Virus record (IMG/VR): IMGVR_UViG_3300004241_000002
Direction: 5' to 3' (one strand)
DNA length: 64,000 nucleotides
Source: a virus
In this document: in pieces, positions 18,071 through 29,500 of the stretch
How the letters are laid out: each line of letters starts with the position of its first letter
Numbering within the stretch: the first letter of the stretch is position 1
Translations under genes and position numbers: made by a program
The notes under the pieces: generated by a model
Seen by the model: only the letters and a program-made list of their open reading frames with translations
What the model was told of the DNA's origin: nothing
The model's database searches: none

Positions 18071-19081
18071 ATGGTCTACAATACAAATAATGTCATAGAA
18101 AATTTATGTCTTGAAGAACTACTTAAAAAGATAACCGAATATGATGTTTATCATCATTATTTAGGTAATAAATTTAAAGTAGGACAGATAATGTCTTCTC
18201 CTTTTAGAGAAGATAGACATCCTTCGTTTGGAGTATTTAAATCTACAAATGGAGCATTATTATGGAAAGACCAATCAACTGGTAAAACAGGAAATATTGT
18301 TACTTTTGTAAAAGAAATAGAAGATCTATATCATAATAAACAGGCTTTGAAACTTATTTACGATAAATTCGTAAAAGGTATAATAGTACCTACACCGGAA
18401 GGCATAAGAGTTAGAGAATATTATGAAAGAATAAGAAAATCTATTTCTATTAAAAGACAAAATTTTACTAAAACTGATGATGAGTATTGGTCACAATACC
18501 AAATCAGTAAAGAGACATTAAAAAAATATAACGTATATCCAATAACATTTTTCTGGGTAAATGATATGTTACAGCCATTTAGATATAGCAAAGACAGTCC
18601 TATGTATGCTTACAAAATATTTGATAAGTTTAAAATATATAGGCCTTATTCTATATACAAAAAAGATAAATGGCGAACTAATTGTTCTACACTCGATATA
18701 CAAGGGTTTGAACAATTACCAGAAGATGGCGACTTATTAATACTAACTAAGTCTTTAAAAGATGTAATGGTATTACATGAGTTAGGATATAACGCTGTTG
18801 CACTACAATCAGAGAACGATAAACTTAATTACAAGATTTATAATAATTTGTCAGATCGTTTCAAAAAGATAGTTATATTGTTTGATAATGATGAACCTGG
18901 TAAGGATAGCGCTGCTAAACTTTCCAGTGAATATAATATTGAATACTGCTTTATAGATTCTAGTATGTATGACTTATATAAAGTTAAAGATATTAGTGAC
19001 TATATAAGTGTATTTGATAAAAAACAAACGATTAAATTATTAAAATCACTAATTAAATATGAAAGTGCAAATAGTGAATAA
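18071..19081 (+). CDS. DnaG-like DNA primase (TOPRIM)
   Basis: SPFREDRHPSFGV (degenerate zinc-ribbon primase motif). TOPRIM elements LILTKSLKD and ILFDNDEPG. Confidence 0.75.
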   Translation: MVYNTNNVIENLCLEELLKKITEYDVYHHYLGNKFKVGQIMSSPFREDRHPSFGVFKSTNGALLWKDQSTGKTGNIVTFVKEIEDLYHNKQALKLIYDKFVKGIIVPTPEGIRVREYYERIRKSISIKRQNFTKTDDEYWSQYQISKETLKKYNVYPITFFWVNDMLQPFRYSKDSPMYAYKIFDKFKIYRPYSIYKKDKWRTNCSTLDIQGFEQLPEDGDLLILTKSLKDVMVLHELGYNAVALQSENDKLNYKIYNNLSDRFKKIVILFDNDEPGKDSAAKLSSEYNIEYCFIDSSMYDLYKVKDISDYISVFDKKQTIKLLKSLIKYESANSE

Positions 19082-19559
19082 ATCTAACAATCCTTTACCT
19101 GCTTATCAGACTAAAGGAGCTGTTGGTTTTGATTTATCTTCAGACGAAGAGAAAAAATTATACCCAAACGAAACAAAACTTGTTTCTACAGGATTATATA
19201 TTGCTATACCAGAAGGATATGAAGGTCAAATACGACCTAGATCTGGATGGGCATTAACTCAAGGGTTAACAGTTCTAAATACACCAGGAACTATAGATTC
19301 GGATTATAGAGGAGAAATAAAAATAATTCTTCATAATGCTGGATTTAATGAAATAAATATAGCACCAGGAGATCGTATAGCACAACTTATTATATCTCCT
19401 ATACAAAGAGTAGAATTGGAAGAAGTTGAAGAACTTGATTCTACTGAAAGAGGCGAAGATGGATTTGGTAGTACTGGATTAACAGTAGAACCAGATTTGG
19501 TCGACTTATATGAAGACGAAATCCCTATTAATTATGTCCAAGAACAAGAAGATTTCTAA
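19059..19559 (+). CDS. dut: dUTP diphosphatase (trimeric dUTPase)
   Basis: All five dUTPase motifs are present: GAVGFDL, RPRSG, GTIDSDYRGE, GDRIAQL and ERGEDGFGSTG. Confidence 0.9.
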   Translation: MKVQIVNKSNNPLPAYQTKGAVGFDLSSDEEKKLYPNETKLVSTGLYIAIPEGYEGQIRPRSGWALTQGLTVLNTPGTIDSDYRGEIKIILHNAGFNEINIAPGDRIAQLIISPIQRVELEEVEELDSTERGEDGFGSTGLTVEPDLVDLYEDEIPINYVQEQEDF

Positions 19560-19995
19560 CGCTACAGAACTTGAATTTGAAGGAATTAAGTTTCGTAGTA
19601 AATTAGAGGTTTATTGTTATAAGAGGTTAAAAGAAGAAGGATTAAGTTTTAAATACGAAAGTTATACATATAACTTGATTCCGACATTTAAGTATAAATA
19701 TAAACTATATGAACCTTATAAAAAAGGCTCTACTTGGTTATTTGGAGAAAAAGATAATAATATAAGAGGCTTAACCTATACACCAGACTTTGTCAATGAT
19801 GATGCAGGATGGATAATAGAATGTAAAGGTTATCCAAACGATGCTTTTCCATTGCGATGGAAATTATTTAAATATTTATTATCTCAATTAAATGTAAACT
19901 ACGATTTATATTTACCAAAAAATCAAAAACATATAGATGAGTGTATACGTTTAATAAAAGATAAAAATGCCGGAGAAAGATTATCACAAAATTAG
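19510..19995 (+). CDS. T7 endonuclease I-like Holliday junction resolvase (PD-(D/E)XK)
   Basis: FRSKLEVYCYKRLKEEGLSFKYE, then LTYTPDF, then IIECKGY. This matches my memory of the T7 gp3 pattern (..FEYE..YTPDF..ETKG). The likely start is ATG 19534. Confidence 0.7.
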   Translation: MKTKSLLIMSKNKKISNATELEFEGIKFRSKLEVYCYKRLKEEGLSFKYESYTYNLIPTFKYKYKLYEPYKKGSTWLFGEKDNNIRGLTYTPDFVNDDAGWIIECKGYPNDAFPLRWKLFKYLLSQLNVNYDLYLPKNQKHIDECIRLIKDKNAGERLSQN

Positions 19996-20950
19996 AGCAG
20001 TATCGTCTCATTCACTTGCTAACTTCGAAGAGTCTCCATTAACTTTTAAAAAGTTCCTGGAAGAAGAATTAGAGAAAGAAGATAAACGATACCTAGATTT
20101 TGGCAGACAGATACATATGAGAATACTTGAACCCAAGTTGTTCAAAGACTCTTATACAGTACTGAATTACGAATTACCAAAGTCAGAACAACAAAAAACA
20201 TTCTGTACTTTATATGTGGAAAATTCACATTTAAGCAAAGAAGAAAGGTTAATACTGGCCTACACAAATGCTTACTCTGTAAAAGGTAAGTCAGATGACA
20301 AAGTATTATCAGATGCTACAGAAATGTATGAAAAGATAAAAGACTATTTAACCTATTTAACAAAGGCAAAAAAGTATAAAGAAGTATTAACTTTTGCTAA
20401 GAAACAAAAGATAGATACTTGCTACTTTAATACATACAATCATAAGTTAGCAAACGAACTTCTATTTGATAAAGACCCAAAAGAAGAAGGAGTACATTCT
20501 TATAATGAGTTAGAAATACAATGGCAACACCCTATTCATTTAAGTGTGCCATGTAAATCTATGATTGATAGATTAATTATAGATACTAATAACAAAGTTA
20601 TAAAATTAGTTGATATTAAAACAACAATATCATTAAGAAAATTCAAGGAATCAGTCTATGAATTCAACTATCATAGACAAATGGCTTTCTATACTATGGC
20701 ATCATACTGGTACATTAAAAATGTATTAAAGATGGACGTAGAAGACTACAAATTTGAAGTCTATATAGTAGCCATAAAGAATATACCTCCTCATGAAGTG
20801 AAAGTCTATAAAATAGAAGATCATATACTCAATCAAGGATTAGATGAAATAGCTATGATAATGAATAAAATATCATGGCATTTTGATTCAGATCTTTGGG
20901 AGTATAGTAGAGAATATTATGAAGGAAATGGTTTAGACAAACTAGAATAA
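19967..20950 (+). CDS. PD-(D/E)XK family exonuclease (RecB/Cas4-like)
   Basis: IDRLIIDTNNKVIKLVDIKT core (D...D-x-K) followed by QMAFY. Confidence 0.5.
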   Translation: MPEKDYHKIRAVSSHSLANFEESPLTFKKFLEEELEKEDKRYLDFGRQIHMRILEPKLFKDSYTVLNYELPKSEQQKTFCTLYVENSHLSKEERLILAYTNAYSVKGKSDDKVLSDATEMYEKIKDYLTYLTKAKKYKEVLTFAKKQKIDTCYFNTYNHKLANELLFDKDPKEEGVHSYNELEIQWQHPIHLSVPCKSMIDRLIIDTNNKVIKLVDIKTTISLRKFKESVYEFNYHRQMAFYTMASYWYIKNVLKMDVEDYKFEVYIVAIKNIPPHEVKVYKIEDHILNQGLDEIAMIMNKISWHFDSDLWEYSREYYEGNGLDKLE

Positions 20951-20951
20951 A

Positions 20952-21389
20952 ATGGACAAAGAATTATATAATATGACAAGCACAACCTTGTATTTATTAC
21001 CATTATTATTCTCAGAAGATATCAAACATATCGATATTATAAATAAAGATTTTAAAGCTGCTTATATAGCAGATTTTGACAAGAAACAGTATGATGATAA
21101 AATCTTACTTGTTTATGATGATTATTCAATTAATATACCACTTACTAGTAGAGTTGATTCTTATAAAAGAAATGACAATACTGTATTAGTATATAACTTA
21201 CCTGATGAATTTACAGAAGATTATTATAAGTTTCTTATAAGAAATCTAAAAGGTTTATCAGATAAGGCAAAGAAAAGAATTCTTGAATTTTGGGAAGAAG
21301 GAGAGAAATCAGCTCTTTACAAAACTCTCTACGGCAAGGGAAATAAAATGCCGGAAATTAATTTACATTTGGAAGTGCTGGGTCTTTAA
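20952..21389 (+). CDS. hypothetical protein (145 aa)
   Basis: ORF only. Confidence 0.5.
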   Translation: MDKELYNMTSTTLYLLPLLFSEDIKHIDIINKDFKAAYIADFDKKQYDDKILLVYDDYSINIPLTSRVDSYKRNDNTVLVYNLPDEFTEDYYKFLIRNLKGLSDKAKKRILEFWEEGEKSALYKTLYGKGNKMPEINLHLEVLGL

Positions 21390-21401
21390 ACCCAGCATTT
21401 T
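21377..21401 (+). terminator. intrinsic terminator overlapping the stop codon
   Basis: GCTGGGT (21377-21383) pairs with ACCCAGC (21390-21396). The stop codon lies in the loop, followed by ATTTTC. Confidence 0.55.
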
Positions 21402-21424
21402 CATTTAATTAAAACAGATATCAG

Positions 21425-21808
21425 ATGACTTTAAAAAAATCGCAAGTTGAAAATTTACATTCATATCTTTATTCGGAATACTCAAACCGACTGAATAAAT
21501 TAGAGACAGAACGAATCAATAAAATACTGGAATCTGATGAATACAAAACTTTATATAACAAATTTGAAACATTTTACAAAGAAGTAGGACTTGATATGAC
21601 CGAATGGCAGATTAAAGATCATACTATGATAGTATTACATGGTTATAAAAATCGTGTTGATACATGGAATATATTTGATAAAATGTCAAATAAAATAAGA
21701 GCAATATTATCAACATTACCTCAAGATACAGATTTTGAAGATGTAGTCAAATTGGTTGAGGAAAAGCTTCAATTAGATAACATTATAACTGAAGAATATA
21801 ACCGATAA
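21425..21808 (+). CDS. hypothetical protein (127 aa)
   Basis: ORF only. Confidence 0.5.
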   Translation: MTLKKSQVENLHSYLYSEYSNRLNKLETERINKILESDEYKTLYNKFETFYKEVGLDMTEWQIKDHTMIVLHGYKNRVDTWNIFDKMSNKIRAILSTLPQDTDFEDVVKLVEEKLQLDNIITEEYNR

Positions 21809-21818
21809 TTATAAGACT

Positions 21819-22628
21819 ATGGAACAAACTGTAAATACAATGACTATTACTCTTGATGAGTATAAAAGAATGATTGATGAAGTTTCTAACTTACAAGCTA
21901 AATTAGCTGTAAAAGATGAAACTATTAAAAATCTCCACAAAGAATTAGGAGTATTACAAACTACTATTGCTAATCTTGAAGCTAAAGCAACTGAAGAAGA
22001 AGTTACTATATATGTAGAAAATCGTAGAAATGATTATTATTCTAGGAGTTATAGCAATGGGGTGCGTCTTTCAAAAGAATCACCTGAATTAGTAGAGATT
22101 ATTAAGAATTCTATAGATCAAACTATGGAAGATACTATTAAAGAACAAGAAAGAAAAATTGATGTTCTTCAAAACGAATTAGATAATTCTTATAAAACAT
22201 CTAATAAAAATAAAACTAAACTTATTGAGAAGCAGGAAGCTGAAGTTAAAGAATTACAAGACAGACTTAATTCTTTAACAGAAGATTATGAAAATCTTAA
22301 ACTCGATAAGGCTGCTAATTTAGTTGAAGCAGAACGACTTGAAGAAATTAATAGGTTAAATGAACAAATTGTGGCATTAGAAGTATCTAAAGATAAAGAA
22401 ACTATTATATGGCCACGTGGTTTATTTAGTACATTATTCCACAAACAAATTGCTAGAGCAGCAGATACTTTATTTGAGCAATATAAAGCTCGTAAAGACT
22501 GGAGAGAAGTTAATAAAACTTCCGCATATGGTAAAGCTAAGGATTATTTGAAGACTCTTAATGAGCCTGTAAATAGTTTTTATTACTATGGATCACATGG
22601 TGCTTGTACAGCAACTACAAGTTGGTAA
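21819..22628 (+). CDS. hypothetical coiled-coil protein (269 aa)
   Basis: ORF with long heptad-like E/K/L-rich segments. Confidence 0.5.
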   Translation: MEQTVNTMTITLDEYKRMIDEVSNLQAKLAVKDETIKNLHKELGVLQTTIANLEAKATEEEVTIYVENRRNDYYSRSYSNGVRLSKESPELVEIIKNSIDQTMEDTIKEQERKIDVLQNELDNSYKTSNKNKTKLIEKQEAEVKELQDRLNSLTEDYENLKLDKAANLVEAERLEEINRLNEQIVALEVSKDKETIIWPRGLFSTLFHKQIARAADTLFEQYKARKDWREVNKTSAYGKAKDYLKTLNEPVNSFYYYGSHGACTATTSW

Positions 22629-22632
22629 ATAA

Positions 22633-22662
22633 AAAGGGGGTATAGCAACCCCCTTTATTTTT
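22633..22662 (+). terminator. intrinsic terminator
   Basis: AAAGGGGG-TATAGCAA-CCCCCTTT, followed by ATTTTT. Confidence 0.7.
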
Positions 22663-22682
22663 AAATTAACAAATATATCAGA

Positions 22683-23516
22683 ATGTTTATAAAAGAAGAT
22701 GATGGATCAAAAAGGTTAATATTTGATAACCTAGACAGTATACAAGAATCTCTTGACCCAGGAGTGTATTCACTAAAAGTTGTAGAACGAACTGGGTTTT
22801 TTGGTAAACAAGAGTTGCTTTATTTTAATGAAGTAAACACATTTATTGGTAAAAATTTTGTAAAGGCTGGGATATATAAAAGGATAGATGACCTTATTAA
22901 TATCCATCTCAGTGATGCTATGACAGAGGCCAAACGAATATTAAAACTACGAAACAAAGTAGGTTTAATGTTTAATGGTGCGCCTGGCACTGGCAAAACC
23001 TTTACAGCAGGTCTGATAGGACAACGAATTGTTGATAAGAAAGAAGGAATCTGTGTAGTAACCACAGATGTAGATGGAGAAAGAACAAGAAAAATTATAC
23101 AACATTTTCGTACTTTCACTGATAAACCCATAGTATGGGTATTTGATGAATTTGAAAAATCTGTAAGTAAAGGAGATAGTGCTTTATTATCATTATTAGA
23201 TGGTGTAGATAGTCCTGAAAATATTATCTTTATAGCCACTGTTAATGATACATCAAAGTTACCTAACTTTATAACAGACAGACCAGGTAGGTTTGAAAGT
23301 ATTATAGAATTTAAAATTGAAGATCCTGTAATATTAAAATCTATTGTTCATTCAATGTTACCAGAAGAATATAGAGATAGTAAATTGATAGAAGATATTA
23401 ACAAATCTATCCTTGCAAGTAATAATAAAACTATAGATAAAATTGTGCTTATAATGAGAGATCATTTAAGCAAGTTTATATATCTACAGAATAGAAAAGA
23501 AAAAGGGGCTCAATAG
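22683..23516 (+). CDS. classical AAA-family ATPase (single module)
   Basis: Walker A GAPGTGKTF, Walker B VWVFDEFE, sensor-1 IATVN, second region of homology DRPGRFE. Confidence 0.75.
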   Translation: MFIKEDDGSKRLIFDNLDSIQESLDPGVYSLKVVERTGFFGKQELLYFNEVNTFIGKNFVKAGIYKRIDDLINIHLSDAMTEAKRILKLRNKVGLMFNGAPGTGKTFTAGLIGQRIVDKKEGICVVTTDVDGERTRKIIQHFRTFTDKPIVWVFDEFEKSVSKGDSALLSLLDGVDSPENIIFIATVNDTSKLPNFITDRPGRFESIIEFKIEDPVILKSIVHSMLPEEYRDSKLIEDINKSILASNNKTIDKIVLIMRDHLSKFIYLQNRKEKGAQ

Positions 23517-23532
23517 AACCCCTTCTTTTTTT
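23503..23532. terminator. bidirectional terminator between the convergent gene blocks
   Basis: AAGGGG (23503-23508) pairs with CCCCTT (23519-23524). A T-run lies downstream on the plus strand and an A-run lies upstream, which reads as a T-run on the minus strand. Confidence 0.55.
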
Positions 23533-23563
23533 AACCAAAGATTTAGTAAAAAACCTAAAGTAC

Positions 23564-26500
23564 TTATCTTTTAAACCATGGTATTTGTGTATCAATGTTT
23601 CTAAGTCTATAGTATTGTCTAAGCACTGGTACCATATTAACCATATGTTTATACATTTTTAACTGACCTTTCCAAGGACCACTTTCGTATACTTCCATTG
23701 GATTAAGCGCCTGTCTAGCCAACTTACCAACGTTTTCTACCACTGATAAAGATGCTGCGGGAGATCTTAATATAGCCATAGCATCTGGTATACTTACATA
23801 GAACATCAGTTCTGCCTTTAGTCTAAGTAGTTGATACATTAGGAAGTTATCTGCAAAGCTTAATTCTTCTTCATCGTCGTCCATAAGTCTAACAAAGAGT
23901 AGTATACTGGCAATCATTACTATTTCTAATAAACCACGTACAATGTTAGCTCTTTCTTGATCACTTAACATTGCCCATCTTTGACCAACTGTATACTGTC
24001 TTAATAAAGCCAGTTCCTCTTCTGTTCGTTTCCACCATGTAGCTAACTGAAAAGCTGGTTTAATCATATGTTCATACATTGTAGGATATATTCCAACCTG
24101 ATATTCCATGGTACGTTCTTCATATCTTTTCTTACCCCAATGTCTACGTATACCAGGAGCCATAAACTTCCTAAACATATAAGCTAAAGATAGAAAAGCA
24201 TTCTGCTGCATCATGACAATAGCTAAATTTGAATAGTCACCATGTAATCTACTGGCAACTCCCTCTACTCTTTGCTTAAAGTTAATTTGATCTATTTTAT
24301 TCCACTGAGACCTATCTAAATCTACTTTACCTTCTTTATCAAATATTAATTTACCTTTATCGTTAAGTGTATAAAAATCCATTAATGAGCCAATTACTTT
24401 ACCATCCTTATCATAAGCTTTCTTATCATATAGCATACCTACAAGCAATTTAACCTTCATAAAATGTTCACCCATATTATTTAAAGAATGAACCATTTTA
24501 TCAGCTCTAAATCCTTGTGCCTTTGACATTTGACTAATACTCTTTGCAGAAGGCATTTCTACTATATCAAATGATTGTGCCAATAAGGTTAAGAAATTTT
24601 CAGGTACCCTTGCTCCAACATCTGATATCATACCAGGTAAGTTTGCTGCATAGTCCTTGTGTGCTTTAAGATATGACATCTTGGACATATATTGCCCAGC
24701 TACTGCTTCTATCCATTGATTTATTTCACCCAAAGATACGTTATTAATACCTTGTGTAATGTTTAAACCTAACAAGTTAGCAGCAGTATATTTCTTTAAA
24801 AACTGTATTAACTTGCCTACATCAATATTAGTACCTGGTATAACACCAGCATCTTTTTCATATTGACCAAATATAACAGCATTTATCCAGGATATAGTTT
24901 GGTTAGCTATATTACCACCAATAACAGTAGGTGTTCTTTCACTAGTTATACCAACTATCTTTTCAAATGTATTTTTAACAGTAGCACTAAAAGAGTCCCT
25001 CTTTATAATCTCACGCTGTTTTAATACATCTTTCATCATAGTTACTTCTGCCAATATAGCATGTTTTTTACTATAGTCCATAGCAGATGCATAATAACTA
25101 AAATATATACCAAAAAGATCAAATGATTGATTTTCATAATCTTCAACATAACTATCTCCTACTTTCTTAAGTACAGGTTTAATATAATGAATAGGTATCC
25201 AATATAGTGCCTCTCCTTTATCATCTACAATTTCTTGTGGCCTATGAGTGTCATCTACCTTAAAAGTAAATGTCCTACTTAAAGACTGAGATGTCATTGT
25301 ATATAAATTCTGACCACTAGATATTCGTTCGTTCTTTTGTTTTATAATACCTGGTAATCTAGCTCCTATAGCCATACCACCTGGAACAAGATTGTCTGCA
25401 TTACGCTGCATTTCAACAATAGCATTATATACCTTGGTTCTTATATCATTAGGATCCTTAAGTATCTCTTGTAATTTGTCCCACTGTGATGTATCCCACG
25501 CAGGACCAGCCTCCCTATAATCATCTATATGTTCATTGGTCCACTTCCTAATAGTATTTACAACTTCTTCTCGTAAGTAACCATCTTTAACTTCCTTGTC
25601 AAACTTAGGAAATAACTCCTTAATATGAAGCTTTTCTGTTATAAGGTTATATTCTTTATCTGTAATATGATTAGGGTCATCTTTATCTAATAATGTAAGT
25701 TCTTTTAAATAAGTATATATACCTTCTACAAACTTTAAGTTATTTAAAGGCATATTATCACTTAACCAGCCGTTTATAAAGCGTCTACGCTCCTTATCTT
25801 CTTCTTTTTTATCTTCATTTGTAATAGTAGAGGCCAATATAATAGCTTTCTTCTTTTCTTTAATTAATTCAGATGGGAACTTACTAATTATATAGTTAGT
25901 AGGATTACCTTTGCTATCTTTTTCTAACATAAAATCATACATACTCTGATAATTGCTAAATATAGCACCAGATTTATGTAAATGATTGTAGTATTCTTTA
26001 AGTATAGGCTCGTATTTAAGTCTTTCTTCTTCTACTAATATACGTCTTTCATCATCAGTAGCAGTTATAAACTTAACAAAAGCACCAACAGCAGCATCCC
26101 CAGTATCAAGTACATTATCTACCAACATCTCTAAGTAACCAATGTCTTTCATACCTTTCTTTAATTCGGCGGTAATGCCCTCTAATGAGTCTTTCTCAAT
26201 TGATTTCTGTATTGGACCAGTATTTATAACAGCATATACATATTCATCTTCTGACATAGCAGGGTTAAACAATTTAGTTGTTTCAATACCATGCTCATAA
26301 TTATATTTATTTAACCTATAATCACGTTTAGCGGTTTCTATATGTTGTACCTTAATTTTATTATAATATGGTACTAATGTAGTAGCTAAAAGTTTTATAG
26401 CTCTACTAATATACTGATCTTTAACATAATCTATATCTGATACAGCCTGCTTAAGCCTACTTCTATATTGCTTTCTTAAATCTGTTTCACCTTCTCTTTG

Positions 26501-29500
26501 AATATTAGGTATTATATTAGCATTATCTACAGCATTAACTAAATACTGTTCATAATGCCTTAATATTTCAAAAGAACCTATCATAGAATAGTACCTAATG
26601 AGTTTCCTTTTATCAGCTGCAACATCTGTAGACCAACTATTGATCATATTTGTTCTTGCTTCCGACAATATTCTAGCGGCATAATCTATAAATTCGTTCA
26701 TAGCCTCTACAGGCTCTTTGTGTTTAGCAATAATGTTATGCATAGCAGCAGCAACTTCTTCTGCCCTAAACTTATTACCAAACATTGATTCTAATTTTTT
26801 TCTTGTAGTTAGTTTTTCAACTACTTCTAGTAATATCTTTTGTATGTCTGTCTGATTTGTTTCAGCAAACATTGCTTGTCTAAAAGACTCTTCTTCATTA
26901 AGAGCTCTTTCTTCTATAGCGTCATCGCTTGTATCTATAGTAACTTCTTCCTCAAGATAACGCTCCCTAACCTTTTGAAACTCTTCTTTCCATAATTCAG
27001 ATATAAGTTTACTATACCATAATAATTCATGAATATAAGAATTCTGAAATTCCCTATCTAAATCATACTTACCGTCTGGTGTTTCTGCTATAGATATAAT
27101 ATATCTCCTATCCGCTAATACTCTGTGAGATGGTTGGCCAGGATTTATAACATTAGACATCATCATAGTATCTAAATGTAACCTTAATTGAGTCCTATCC
27201 CTTAAAGTTCCTGGTCTAAATGTTACATAATTTGGTTTAGTTTTATCAGGACCCTTTAAATTATTAAAGGTACCCATTTCCTTACCACCATCAAATAAAT
27301 TTATCATAGAATAAACAAGCATACCACTTGTCTTATCAGTATAGAATACAACAAAATCTACAACATCATATACTTTTCCATCATTGTCCCATAATACAGC
27401 ATTTGTAATAACAGCTGCATCTTCACCAAACATTGTTTTAAACTTACCAATTAGCTCTTGTTTAGATCTATCTGTAATATCATATCTATTATTAAATTCA
27501 CCAATTGCTTTTGCTATAGCATTACTACCATTATATAAATTATTTACTTTAAGGTTAGAATCAAAATTCTTTATAGTTTTATCTATATTAGATGATACAT
27601 CTCCTATATCAAGCGCACTAACTATTCTTTCAGCTTCTAATAACTCTTTAGAATTAATAACAGCGCCCCCTTCTTTAAGGTGTTTATCTAACAACTTTTT
27701 AGTTACTTCAGCTTGATCTTTAATTGTAGCCTTATATTTTGAATCAGGACCTACTAAATCAACTAAATATTTATTAAATGACTCATTAAGACTTGGGAAC
27801 GACTTCTTATGATATAATCTAGGAATAGTCCTACTTACATGTATAGTATTATACTTTGATAATAATTCTATTAATGATTTGAATGTCTGACCTTCTATTG
27901 TTTTTGGACTATAGCCAAAAAACTTTAATACAGCATTCCATATTCTTTCTAAAAAGTTAAACTCAGATGTGTTAAGTTCTTGTAATATTTGAGGATCAGT
28001 AATACCATCTGCCATAAACTCTTCAAGGCTACCATAACCAGGGTGTCCTGCCTTAGCTAGTTTACTCTTAGCCTTAGCTGCCTTGTAGATGTTGTTTAGC
28101 TCACGTTTAAGGGCATGTTGTTCAGCAGTGGTAGGATTTATTATAGCTTCCATAGTAATGCCGTGTATGGCCTCGTGTAGAAGCGTACCCATAAGGGAAT
28201 CAATAGTGGATGAACCAAATATACCTATATTATCTTTTATTATATAAATAGTAGTATTACCCTTCTTACTATCTGTAATAATAAATCCATCAGAATCTTT
28301 TACTTCTTTATACCTACTTGGGTATAATGTTGCTATCTCTAACCTGCTAGCTATCTTAAAGTCAATGTTATTAAATTCTTTATTGTTCTTTATAATATCA
28401 AATACTCTTTCGTGAGATATAGATATACCATATTGATCTTTTAAGTTATTAATAACATCTATAATATTATTGTTGTTTTGATTTTTATTTAAGAAGTTCA
28501 TAATCTCATTAGATACTGCTTCTGTATGAGCAGCAGACTCAGGAGCCATTTCATCCTTTAAGCCAGGATCAAGGTTCTCTGAGTATACATTATCTACAGT
28601 AACACTATGGGTAGGAGAAAAGTCTATTGTTAATTGTGCTGATGTATTAGGAGGGGTATTAGGCACAGGACCTTCTTCAAGATTCTGATTACCTTTAACA
28701 CCATGATAATGATCTAACGCAGACTGATGAATGCCCATCCTAAAACCTTTATACTTAACAGCATATTCGCCATTGGGCATAGGTTTGTCATGGTACTCAT
28801 TATATTGTTTTACTTCTAATAAACCAGGTATAATTCTATTAATAGCTATAGCAAACCCACGCATATGAGCGACATTACCAGCCAATCTCTCAGGATCGTC
28901 TTTACGTAATATCTCAACATGCCCGTTAAATATAGTTTTACCTAATGCATTATTATAACCTAATAACAGTTTAGCTACATCACGCCATGTAGTTTTGTTA
29001 ACTATCTCCCTAGCTATATAGTCAAATTTATTTGGTATAACTCGTATTTTACTTAATATAACATCTTTGTTTAAATTAAAAGAAAAATGTCTAAAACCCT
29101 TTATTTCTGCAAATTTATTTTTGCCAACTGAATTAAATGGTATATAATTAGCAAAATCTCTAATATCTTTTAGCCTACCCATCTTTAATTTTGCCAAAAA
29201 TATAGGTTGCCAGTCTTGAAAAGATTTTTCGTTAGTATCTAACTCTAAGGCTTTAACAAAAAATAAGTCAATGGCATAGCCATCTATATCTCCACTAATT
29301 GTTATTTCATTATTATTACCTTTAAAAGAATTGGTTATTTTAAAAGAAGGATATTTATCTTTTATAGATTTTAAAATAGGATGCTTTCTATAAGATTGAT
29401 CTAATGTTTTAGTAAGATTATCTAAAAGAAATCCTTTACCTGATTCAGATGCTCCTTCAAAATTTCTATCAAGATCAGCTAATAATTTATCAAAAAATTC

